Shown: piece after piece, positions 17,605-26,267 of the stretch
Layout: the number at the start of each line of letters is the position of its first letter
Numbering within the stretch: the first letter of the stretch is position 1
Source of the DNA: Gemmatimonadota bacterium
GTDB taxonomy: Bacteria > Gemmatimonadota > Gemmatimonadetes > Palauibacterales > KS3-K002
NCBI GenBank assembly: GCA_039586795.1
Contig: JBDHJS010000033.1
Location: forward strand, 1 to 41,906
Direction: 5' to 3'
Length of the DNA stretch: 41,906 nucleotides
Program-made: the position numbers and the translations under genes
The notes under the pieces: generated by a model
Database searches by the model: none
What the model was told of the DNA's origin: nothing
The model's input: the letters and a program-made list of their open reading frames with translations, nothing else

Positions 17605-19758
17605 TCATCCTCCTCCAGTAAGCACCTCGATCGCCGACGTAGCGGCACGCCGGACGACGTCGCGTGGCGATGCCATCTCCGAGGCCTGTCGCAGGAACTC
17701 GAGCTGGCTCTGGTCACCGCTGCGTCCGATAGCTCTCAACGTCTCGGCCTGTACCTGATAGGAGTCGTCCGCTTCGAAGCGGGCGCGGAAGAACGGTACC
17801 ATTTCCGGGTCGCTCATCCCGCCCAGGAGACGAACTGCCGTGCTTCGTACTCTGGAGTTGGCGTCGTCAGCCGCGGTCTTGTACAACTCGATCGCCCCCG
17901 TCCCACCAGAAGCGGCCAGCGTCTCGAGAGCGGCGACGCGGACCGCCCAGAACGCATCTTCCCGGGCGATCGCCATGAGCTCCTCGGCGAGCTGCGGATT
18001 GTTCGTTGGGCCCTTCAGCTGCCGCACCGCCCACTCCCTGCCGATCACGTCGTCATAGCGCGCCTGGTAGAGCAGTTCCTCAGCGCTCTTATCATACGTC
18101 CATTCCTTGAGCAGCCAGTTGCCCTCGTCGAAGCGCACGAGGAGAGGCGCTTCCCTGCTCTCGAAGACGAACACGTCAAACTCGTTCTCCAGCCACACCG
18201 TCTCAACGGTCTTGCCTGACGGGGTGACGATCCCGATCTGCACCGGCGTCCGGTAGATGGGGACGCCGTGATCGCGGTCCTGGACCTGCGCGACCTGCAG
18301 TCGGATCTGGCCAGCGCTCGCCTCCCAGCTCGAACTGACCTCGAAGACCGGATGCCCGGCGCTGAAGAAGTACTGCTCGAAGAACCAGTCCATGTTCTGG
18401 CCGGTCACGTCTTTCACGGTCCTCATGAAGTCGTAGGTGTCTACCGGCTGGAAGGCATGCTCGTGAAGAAAGGCGCTGAGAACCCGGAAGAAAGCCTCGT
18501 CACCGAGTAGGAAACGAAGCTGGTGAATGATGCAGGCGCCCTTCGGGTAGGTGTGGGAGTCGAAGTTGTCGTGGGGCCTATCGTAGCGGTTGAACACGAT
18601 GGGCCGCACATAGCGGTTGTGAGCTTCGCGCAGGTAGGCGTTCTTCTTGCCCAGCAGCGCCCAGGCGCCTTCGTCCTCACCGAACTCATGCCGGGTCCAC
18701 AAGTAGTCGGAGTAGGTGCCGAAGCTCTCGTTGAGCCACGTGTGCGACCACTCGCGTAGCGTGATCAGGTCGCCCCACCACTGGTGCGCGACCTCGTGGG
18801 CGATCACCCGCTCCCACGAAAAATCTTGTTCGGCGCGTCGATCGTGGATGACGCCCTGTCCGAGGATCGTGGCCGATGTGGCCTCGGCACCGCCCCCAAC
18901 GTGCGGCGTCGTAACCTGGTCGTACTTGGCCCAGGGGTAGGGGTAGTCGAACAGGTCGGCGTAGTACTCGATCATGCGCGGCGTCTTGGCGAAGATCCAG
19001 CGCGCGTTCTCCTCCGCCCACGGGTAGACCCAGTAGTTCACCGGCAGGTCGCCGAGGGAATCCTCGATGACAGTGTACGGCCCGATCGCCAGCATGAAGA
19101 GATACGTGGAGTGAGGCTGTTCTTGCGACCAATGCCATTTCGTGGTTCCTGTTCGCTCGTCTTCCGTGACGCTGACTAATCGTCCGTTCGACAGCACTTT
19201 GTTTCCCTCGGGCACAGTAACGATGAGCTCGTGGGTGACCTTGTCGTTGGGGTAGTCGTATAGCGGGATCCAGTGGTGCGCTTCGTCAGGCCAGGAATCG
19301 GTAGAAACCATCTGCGGGTGATCATCGCTCGCGTCATCAAAGAAGAACCCTTCCTGCGGGTTCATGCCGCGATACATTACGGTGAGAGTGGCGGTATCGC
19401 CATACGAAAGTTCTTGCGGCAACGCGATCACGACACTGGTGTCGGCCTGAATGTGCGACAGCGGCACCCCTGCTTCGTCAAAGACGGTCATCACTACGAT
19501 CTCTTCCGCATCCAACTCCAGCCAATCGACTCCATCGATGAGTGGTGTGAGGGTGATTCGGTTCTCACCCACGAACATCTTCGCATCGAGATCGAAGGTC
19601 AGGCTGACACGGTAGTGAATGAAGTCGAAACTGCGGCTTCGTTCCGCCTGGATCGGTCGACTCCAGATGTCTGCCTGCTGGGCCGAGAGGGGAGAAAGCA
19701 CCGATGTGAAAAGGCCAGCCGTGAGCCAAGCCATGCGTCGGCAAAGCGGAGCAACCAT
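17605..19758 (-). CDS. M1 family aminopeptidase with C-terminal HEAT repeats, exported
   Basis: HEVAHQWWGDL...WLNE zinc motif, GGAEA exopeptidase motif, YPKG, HEAT-like tail, signal peptide. Confidence 0.92.
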   Translation of the reverse strand: MVAPLCRRMAWLTAGLFTSVLSPLSAQQADIWSRPIQAERSRSFDFIHYRVSLTFDLDAKMFVGENRITLTPLIDGVDWLELDAEEIVVMTVFDEAGVPLSHIQADTSVVIALPQELSYGDTATLTVMYRGMNPQEGFFFDDASDDHPQMVSTDSWPDEAHHWIPLYDYPNDKVTHELIVTVPEGNKVLSNGRLVSVTEDERTGTTKWHWSQEQPHSTYLFMLAIGPYTVIEDSLGDLPVNYWVYPWAEENARWIFAKTPRMIEYYADLFDYPYPWAKYDQVTTPHVGGGAEATSATILGQGVIHDRRAEQDFSWERVIAHEVAHQWWGDLITLREWSHTWLNESFGTYSDYLWTRHEFGEDEGAWALLGKKNAYLREAHNRYVRPIVFNRYDRPHDNFDSHTYPKGACIIHQLRFLLGDEAFFRVLSAFLHEHAFQPVDTYDFMRTVKDVTGQNMDWFFEQYFFSAGHPVFEVSSSWEASAGQIRLQVAQVQDRDHGVPIYRTPVQIGIVTPSGKTVETVWLENEFDVFVFESREAPLLVRFDEGNWLLKEWTYDKSAEELLYQARYDDVIGREWAVRQLKGPTNNPQLAEELMAIAREDAFWAVRVAALETLAASGGTGAIELYKTAADDANSRVRSTAVRLLGGMSDPEMVPFFRARFEADDSYQVQAETLRAIGRSGDQSQLEFLRQASEMASPRDVVRRAATSAIEVLTGGG

Positions 19759-19761
19759 TGC

Positions 19762-21183
19762 TCACCGTCCTATTCTTTGCAGCAGGCCGGGCTCACGCAT
19801 CAGCGCTTCGATCTCCTCCACCGTTCGTGGAAGCCCGGTCGAGAGGTTCTCGTATCCGTCCTCGGTGATCACCACAGTATCTTCTATGCGGATTCCCAGT
19901 GTCTCGGTCTGCGGCATGTTGATGTCACAAGCGAAGACGAAGCCTGGCTCGAGAGGCTCCTCCGGCCCGGTCATCGACGCCATCACATCGTGCGTCGCCA
20001 GCCCGATGGGGTGGTTGTAGCAACCCCAACGGATCAGCCCACGGAAGCGTCGTTCGGTGGCGTCATAACCGTTGGCGACCAGCCACTCCCGCACCTTCTC
20101 CCCCACCGCGGCGAAAGTGGTCCCGGCGCGGTAGTTGTCGAGGCAAACCTGGCGGATGCCCATGCCCAACTCGTACAGCTCGCGCTGCTCTGGCGTGAAC
20201 GTGCCGTTGGCCGGGAAGCTGGTGGAGATGTCTGTATTGTAGTACGCGTAATCGGGGCCGGCATCGAGGATGATGAAGTCGCCATCCTCGAGGGTGCGAT
20301 CGTGCCGATGATAGTGCCCCCAGGGATGGTGGTCCCCTGCCATGATGATGGTCTCGTACGCTAGCTCCTGTGCGCCCTCTCGCTTGCTGACGAACTCGAA
20401 CAGCGCGGCCAAGGCTCGTTCCGGCATCCCGACTTCGGTGGACCGCATGAACTCGAGATGGGCTTCAACGCCGATCCGCGCGGCCTCCCGGATGAGCGCT
20501 ACTTCTGCCGGCGACTTCACCTTGCGCAGCACCTGGATCGTGCGGAAGCAGTCTCGCACCTCGACGCCGGGGTAAAGCTCCTGTAGACGCTCGACCAGCT
20601 GTAGCTCCCGGGTAAGCCGACCGTCCAGCGGATTCTCCATCACCGTCCGTCGAAACGCACCGAAGACTTCGTTTGTGTTCATGCGATGCAGTTCTTCGGG
20701 GCGCTGGGAGAGATAGAACACGCCCACCCGGCGAGCGAGGTCGGCGAGGAAAGCATCCATCTCCTCGACCGGCAGAGCCTGTTCGATTCCCGTGAAGTCG
20801 GCGGGTTCCCTGGCGAGCTCCGTCGGTATACCCTCGCCTTTTGCGTCGTGCTCATCGAGAGTGATGAAGAGCGTACTCACCCGATTGACGCCATCGACGA
20901 CCAGCCAGGCATTCGGCGCCTCGACCCCGGTGAAATACAGGAAGTCGTTGCTCTGGAAGAACTGGTAGTCGGCGAGCCGCGAGGTTGCCCCCGGTATGAT
21001 GGCGACGCCATCAGGAATCTCGTCCATCAACCGGGCCCTACGCGTTGCATACTCGATGTTGTCGATCAGGCTCCCGGGGAGAACGAACGGGATTTCCTGG
21101 TCGGGCGTCGCGCTGCGAGAACAACCCGCCACCAGAGGAAGCATGACGGACAACAAGAGACTTCGTGTTCGGTGGGGATTCAT
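19762..21183 (-). CDS. Xaa-Pro aminopeptidase (M24B), lipoprotein
   Basis: Lipobox VAGC, F.Q..DFLYFTG, RKVKSPAE, ILDAG, TDIST, HPIGLATHD, GIRIED. Confidence 0.88.
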   Translation of the reverse strand: MNPHRTRSLLLSVMLPLVAGCSRSATPDQEIPFVLPGSLIDNIEYATRRARLMDEIPDGVAIIPGATSRLADYQFFQSNDFLYFTGVEAPNAWLVVDGVNRVSTLFITLDEHDAKGEGIPTELAREPADFTGIEQALPVEEMDAFLADLARRVGVFYLSQRPEELHRMNTNEVFGAFRRTVMENPLDGRLTRELQLVERLQELYPGVEVRDCFRTIQVLRKVKSPAEVALIREAARIGVEAHLEFMRSTEVGMPERALAALFEFVSKREGAQELAYETIIMAGDHHPWGHYHRHDRTLEDGDFIILDAGPDYAYYNTDISTSFPANGTFTPEQRELYELGMGIRQVCLDNYRAGTTFAAVGEKVREWLVANGYDATERRFRGLIRWGCYNHPIGLATHDVMASMTGPEEPLEPGFVFACDINMPQTETLGIRIEDTVVITEDGYENLSTGLPRTVEEIEALMREPGLLQRIGR

Positions 21184-21206
21184 GCCTCACCTCTCTCTCA
21201 GGCTCG

Positions 21207-22400
21207 TTATCCCAGCATCAGGAACAGTACGTGGCCGAAAACGCCGGCGCAGACACTGCCGGCGAAGTGGGTGGAGATGGCCATATTAGTCAGGCCGCGC
21301 TCCTTGATACCGTCCATCATTCCCACGTGAGTGCTCAGAAAGCCAGCAGTGCAGATGCCGATGGCGGTGAAGACGCAGATGTCTTTGGCGCCGACGATTC
21401 CGTTTTCCAGAAACGCAGGAACGATGGCGAGAGCGGCGCCGACCGATCCCAATGACGTAGCGGGGAACGCGATGGCCTCAGGGCTCGAGAAGCCAAATAG
21501 CGGCTCGATGATGAACGACAACTTCGTTCCAAGCCAGGGGAAGAAACCGATTCCCTCGTAGGCGGCCCCGGTGTACGCACCATCGGTGGGTCCAAAAGCG
21601 AGCATCATGACGATCGTGCAGATGATGATGATCCCCGGCATGATATCCAGGCCCGTCTTTACGCCGTGCACGCCGCCGTCGAGCAGCGCCTCGAGAGCCC
21701 GCTGGGCGACGTTGCCTTTTCGCACCTCCCGGTAACGCAATAGATCGTAGCCTTCCTGCTCCTCCGTGATCACGTCTGCGTCCTTGCCATATCGCCTTCT
21801 GCCGAAGTACCCCATCAGCCTCACGCTGACGATGCCACCGAGAACGGCGCCGATGTTTCCCAGCAATACGGCCCTGCCCAGGCTACTGGCCTCGGACGAC
21901 TGTGCCAGCATGAACGTCGTCACGATAAGGCCCATTCCGAAGACGGTCCCCAGGTTCACCAAAGTCGTCACCTGCCATCTCTTGAAGTACTTCAAGAACC
22001 CCTTATCTACGGCCAGCGGCATGATGGCGGGATTGTCGGATAGATACGTGGTGACGGCCCCTACGGACGACGCGCCCGGCAGCCCGAAGAGCGGCCTCAT
22101 CAGGGGAGAAACCGCACGGTTGGCGATGCTCACGATGCCGAACTCTGAGATGAGGGAGGTAAACGCGCCGGCGACGATGATGACCCCCATCAAGAAGAAG
22201 ACGGTGTTCAGTATGAGGTCATGAGCCGTTGCCATCATCGTTGCGAACATGTTCGCGAGGCCCATCCGCACTGCGAAGACCGCGAATATGGCAGAGACAA
22301 CCGCAAGCGCGACGATGGTCTCTGTGGTGATGGCCTTGACGATCTTCTTCTCCCCGGTCACCTCGTCGACCGCCTCGGCTCTTCTAACTCCAAACGCCAT
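21207..22400 (-). CDS. Polytopic membrane protein, nucleoside-recognition Gate-domain (CD0519/CD1768-like) transporter
   Basis: SPLMRPLFGLPG, YLSDNPAI, NLGTVFGMG, GAAYEG, LSTH motifs. ATG 22400 with GAGGA RBS. Confidence 0.75.
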   Translation of the reverse strand: MAFGVRRAEAVDEVTGEKKIVKAITTETIVALAVVSAIFAVFAVRMGLANMFATMMATAHDLILNTVFFLMGVIIVAGAFTSLISEFGIVSIANRAVSPLMRPLFGLPGASSVGAVTTYLSDNPAIMPLAVDKGFLKYFKRWQVTTLVNLGTVFGMGLIVTTFMLAQSSEASSLGRAVLLGNIGAVLGGIVSVRLMGYFGRRRYGKDADVITEEQEGYDLLRYREVRKGNVAQRALEALLDGGVHGVKTGLDIMPGIIIICTIVMMLAFGPTDGAYTGAAYEGIGFFPWLGTKLSFIIEPLFGFSSPEAIAFPATSLGSVGAALAIVPAFLENGIVGAKDICVFTAIGICTAGFLSTHVGMMDGIKERGLTNMAISTHFAGSVCAGVFGHVLFLMLG

Positions 22401-22486
22401 GATTCCTCGATCTTCTACGGCTGGATTACGCTTCTCCCGAAGCGTGACAGTAAGCAATGGGCCTTTGCCGGCGCTAGATGCAGGAA

Positions 22487-22509
22487 GGGCGGATCGCACG
22501 GACCCGCCC
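22487..22509 (-). terminator. Possible terminator after the ADOP permease
   Basis: Minus strand GGGCGGGTC-5nt-GATCCGCCC (9 bp including one G-U) followed by TTCC; weak U-tract. Confidence 0.35.
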
Positions 22510-22563
22510 ATTGGCCATTTCGGCCCACCCGCTGCCGCTATCCGAGACGACTACAGCGGATCG

Positions 22564-25332
22564 TTACTCTGGGGTAAGCGCGGATACCGGATCCGCCCGG
22601 GTGACGCGGAGCGCCGGGACAAGAATCGCAGCGAGCGAAGTCAAGGCCAGCACTGCGCCGACCGACCCAAAGACCGCAAGATCTCTCCCCTGCACCTCGT
22701 ACAGAACGATCTCGAGTGGCCCGGCGGCGAATAGCGCCAGCGTGAGTCCGATGCCCAGGCCAATAACCATCTGGACAACGCCCTTTTTCATCACGAGCCC
22801 CAGCAGCTCCCAGCTCTGCGCGCCCAACGCCATACGTACACCGACTTCTTTGGTGCGCTGCATGACCGCGAACGACATCACGCCGTAGAGCCCGATCGCG
22901 CCCAAGAATAGCGCCGTGAAGCCGAAGACCATGAACAGCCGGCTGAACACGGGATAGAACCAGGTCATGCGAAGCATCACGCCGGTCATCGGCATCACGC
23001 GGAACGCCGGCAGGTTCGGATCGATGGACGAGATCGAGCTTATCACGTCCCGGGCAAGCGTCATGGGCGGACGTTCCGTGCGGATCGCCATGGTCAGGTA
23101 GCTGCCCAACCCGCTTTGCGCCATCGGGATGTAGAATCCGGCTTCACTCCCGGCTGTACCGAACATCTGCATCGACAGGTCGGGGACCACGCCGACCACG
23201 GTCAGCCACTGCGCACCATCATGCAGCATGCGAAGGCGTTTTCCGATAGCATCGCCGTCCAGCTGAAGTCGAGCGAACGATTCGTTCACAATCGCTACCG
23301 GGAGCGTCTCGCGCCCGTCGGACGCGGTGAAGTCTCTTCCTTCGAGGACGCGCGACTCGAAGACATCGAAATATCCCGGTGTGACGACTCCTATGTGGAC
23401 GCGCGGCACATCGCCATTGCCCTCATATGTTTGGCCTTCGATCATCACATCTGTCGAGCCATAGCCTGGCCCAGGGAGGCCGTTGGAGAGCGTCGCCACT
23501 GACGCGCCGGGCAACGCACCTAGCTTGCCGTAGAGTTCCTGTTGGAAAGCAAGCCGGCTGTCCAAGCTCGGATACCTCTCCGGTGGAAGGTCGACGCGCG
23601 CTGTGAACACGTTCTCGGTGGCGAACGCTAGATCTACGTCGCTTAGCTGTCGGACGCTTTTGATCATCAATCCGGCAAGGATTAACAGAACGCAGGACAT
23701 CGCCAGCTCCGTGATGACCATGCCTCCGGTGAACCTCCGCGCCTTGAGGCTCGCCGATCCGCGGCCGCCGCCCTTCATCGCTTCCGCCAAGTTAGCCGTC
23801 GATCCCTGGAACGCCGGGACAACGCCCGCGATCGTGCTGGAGAGAACCGTGGCGCCGACAACGAAGAGGAGCATGCGGTAGTCCTGCTCGAAACGGATCC
23901 AGAACGGGAGATCCTCGCCGTCTCCCGCGGTGGTCAGAACATAGGTCATCTTGGCGACGAACCATTCGAGTCCGAGGTAGCCCAGCGCCAAGCCGATGGC
24001 ACCACCGATGCACGCGAGGACCAGCACCTCGGTCAGCAGCTGCATCACCAAGCGACCTCGCGTCGCGCCTAGCGCGCTCCTCACTGCCGTCTCTCGAGCG
24101 CGCACCGACGCTTGAGCGAGCAGCAGGTTGGCCACATTGGCGCACCCGATCAGCAACACGCCGAGGGTAGCACCGAGCATCGTGTAGAACAGCGCATAGT
24201 GCGCCGGCGGAATGAGCTTCGCCCGCAAGGTCCTTACGGATACGCCCTTACCCTCGTTGCTGGCCGGGAAATCCCTGGCGGTCCGGGCGGCGATCGTCGC
24301 CATCTGCGCCTGCGCCTGCTCGGCCGACACGCCCTCTTTAAGCCTGCCCAGTACTGAATAGCGCGGACCTTCGCCTCGCTCGAATGCCCCAGGCTCGATA
24401 ACCGTCGGCAACCAGTACTGCTGGGCAAAGGGGAACTTAAAGCCCTCTGGCATCACGCCGATGACGGTTCTCGGAACCGCATCCACCAACACTGTGCGAT
24501 CCAACACGTCGGCCGAACCCTCGAACCGCCTCAGCCAAAGGTCATAGCTGAGGACGATGACCCGTTCGGCGCCCGGTTTCTCATCCGCTTCGCTGATCGT
24601 TCGGCCGAGGATCGGCTGCACCCTCAGCGTCTCGAACACACCGGACGAGAAATAGCCGCCCAAGAGCCGTTCCGGCGCACCCCTCTCAATGGAGAAGTTG
24701 CTCATCCTCGTCCAGTACGCCGCTAACTGTTCGAACGCCGTTTGCTGCGCACGCCACTCGGTGAAGTCGTGGATGGGAACGGTGATATCCCCATACTGGA
24801 AGGTTCGCTCCGGGTCGGTCTGATCCAAAGCCAGAATGCGGTGGGATTGTTCAAACGGGAGCTCTTTGTGGACGAACCCGTTCGTGATGTTGAATACTGT
24901 CGAAGTGTACCCGATGCCGAGGCCGAACGTTAAAATCACGATGAGTGACAGGCCCGGATGCTTTCGCAGCATCCGAAATCCGAACCGCAGATCCTGCAGA
25001 GCAAACTCGACTCGCGCGCCTCGCTTCCGGGGAGGACCTCCGCCTGGACCGGCAAACCCGAGACTCGCTGACCGGGCTGAGCGCCATTTCAGCATCGATC
25101 GCGCTGCGCGCTTCAGGCTGTCAAACCACACACCCAACCCGTTGATTGCCAGATCGAGCATCGTACGGGTCCAGTTCAATAAAGATCTCCGCTCGTAGAC
25201 GGCGGTGGACTCTGCCACATACTCCAGCAGGTCGCGTCCGTAGCGCTCGCGGAATTCGCGTGGATAGAGCCTCAGCAGCAGCCGGTAGCTGCGCGGGAAC
25301 GTGGGATGCCCCCACCCGGGATATGACCTCAT
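22564..25332 (-). CDS. ADOP-type duplicated MacB/FtsX ABC permease with N-terminal prefix domain
   Basis: YRLLLRLYPREFRERYG prefix, QDLRFGFRML, LLIGCANVANLLLA, QRTKEVGVRMALGA; two FtsX repeats; ATGA overlap with padR. Confidence 0.92.
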   Translation of the reverse strand: MRSYPGWGHPTFPRSYRLLLRLYPREFRERYGRDLLEYVAESTAVYERRSLLNWTRTMLDLAINGLGVWFDSLKRAARSMLKWRSARSASLGFAGPGGGPPRKRGARVEFALQDLRFGFRMLRKHPGLSLIVILTFGLGIGYTSTVFNITNGFVHKELPFEQSHRILALDQTDPERTFQYGDITVPIHDFTEWRAQQTAFEQLAAYWTRMSNFSIERGAPERLLGGYFSSGVFETLRVQPILGRTISEADEKPGAERVIVLSYDLWLRRFEGSADVLDRTVLVDAVPRTVIGVMPEGFKFPFAQQYWLPTVIEPGAFERGEGPRYSVLGRLKEGVSAEQAQAQMATIAARTARDFPASNEGKGVSVRTLRAKLIPPAHYALFYTMLGATLGVLLIGCANVANLLLAQASVRARETAVRSALGATRGRLVMQLLTEVLVLACIGGAIGLALGYLGLEWFVAKMTYVLTTAGDGEDLPFWIRFEQDYRMLLFVVGATVLSSTIAGVVPAFQGSTANLAEAMKGGGRGSASLKARRFTGGMVITELAMSCVLLILAGLMIKSVRQLSDVDLAFATENVFTARVDLPPERYPSLDSRLAFQQELYGKLGALPGASVATLSNGLPGPGYGSTDVMIEGQTYEGNGDVPRVHIGVVTPGYFDVFESRVLEGRDFTASDGRETLPVAIVNESFARLQLDGDAIGKRLRMLHDGAQWLTVVGVVPDLSMQMFGTAGSEAGFYIPMAQSGLGSYLTMAIRTERPPMTLARDVISSISSIDPNLPAFRVMPMTGVMLRMTWFYPVFSRLFMVFGFTALFLGAIGLYGVMSFAVMQRTKEVGVRMALGAQSWELLGLVMKKGVVQMVIGLGIGLTLALFAAGPLEIVLYEVQGRDLAVFGSVGAVLALTSLAAILVPALRVTRADPVSALTPE

Positions 25333-25682
25333 GTTGCCTCCGCCAGGCTGCCGGTACGCCTGCTCAGCACCTCCGCCGCCATCTTCTTCAGGAATTCAGC
25401 TTCGGAAACGAGGACCGATCGACCCAACTCGGTGATCCGGTAGCAGGTTCGGCGTTCTTCCTGGCAGGCCGCTTCTCCATCGTCAGGCTCCAGCAGGCCC
25501 TTTCTGTCCATTCTGTACAGAACGCGATAGAGGTCCCCTGGCCGCGGCGAAATCCGACCGTCCGTCCGGGCCGCCATCTCGTGGACAATCCCGTAGCCGT
25601 GGAGCGGCCTATCATCCAGAACCGCCAACACCAGGAACTCGACTGGCTTGAGGGGATTCGACCTGTCGTCTCGCTTGGCCAT
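25329..25682 (-). CDS. PadR family transcriptional regulator
   Basis: LVLAVL..HGYGI...PGDLYRVL.RM...RR..Y.IT..G. ATG 25682 with GAGGA RBS. Confidence 0.92.
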   Translation of the reverse strand: MAKRDDRSNPLKPVEFLVLAVLDDRPLHGYGIVHEMAARTDGRISPRPGDLYRVLYRMDRKGLLEPDDGEAACQEERRTCYRITELGRSVLVSEAEFLKKMAAEVLSRRTGSLAEAT

Positions 25683-25715
25683 TTGCTCGTTCCTCGCTCG
25701 ATTGCCTACTCGCCA

Positions 25716-25734
25716 TATACGCAATTTGCGTATA
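25716..25734. promoter_or_regulatory. Perfect palindrome, candidate PadR operator
   Basis: TATACGCAA-T-TTGCGTATA, 33 bp upstream of the padR start; AT-rich in a GC-rich background. Confidence 0.7.
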
Positions 25735-25942
25735 ACAGGTTTCACCCAACGCAGACCCAGAGAGAGACCGGACTTCTCTGAAAATCCGGCCTCGGTATCA
25801 GAGGTCCGTGGCAGCCTCGAGGGGCAGCTGCCGCACGAAGAACTAGCGGGTATTCTGAAGGAGATACATCGCGCCGGATTGAAGCCACCGCCGGGCGGGC
25901 GCAGCCGACACCTGCATCAGGCGCGCCCGCCCCGAGTCTCAC

Positions 25943-26125
25943 TCAGGGCCAATACTTGGGCCAGATGGGGAAGGGTGCATACCCGTTGGGGAGAGGGTTG
26001 CCGCCGAGATCAATATCGATGCCCACCTGCCAGCACATCACGATCGTGTGGTCGGGTACCTGATCGGCTGGTATACCTCGACCCTCCACAATGTACACGT
26101 AGTCGTACGAGGTGAGATCGGAGCG
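25943..26125 (-). pseudogene. C-terminal relic of an unidentified gene
   Basis: Open frame without a credible start: RSDLTSYDYVYIVEGRGIPADQVPDHTIVMCWQVGIDIDLGGNPLPNGYAPFPIWPKYWP*, abutting the truncated REC gene. Confidence 0.4.
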
Positions 26126-26130
26126 GCCGG

Positions 26131-26226
26131 CACCGTGAAGTCATTCGCCTCCAGCAGCACCGATATCGCCTCCACATAATCGACATCATCATCAACGATC
26201 AACATCGTTCTTTCAGTTGACATCAT
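26131..26226 (-). pseudogene. Truncated response-regulator receiver domain
   Basis: MMSTERTMLIVDDDVDYVEAISVLLEANDFTV is REC beta1-alpha1-beta2; similarity stops before the phospho-acceptor Asp. Confidence 0.8.
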
Positions 26227-26267
26227 TGGGCACCGCCTGACGATCCTTCACCCGGCGTTCGTAATCG

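Noticed and set aside
25780..25900. Plus-strand peptide LPHEELAGILKEIHRAGLKPPPGG resembling a SAM-methyltransferase motif
   Set aside because: Too short and imperfect to call without a search.
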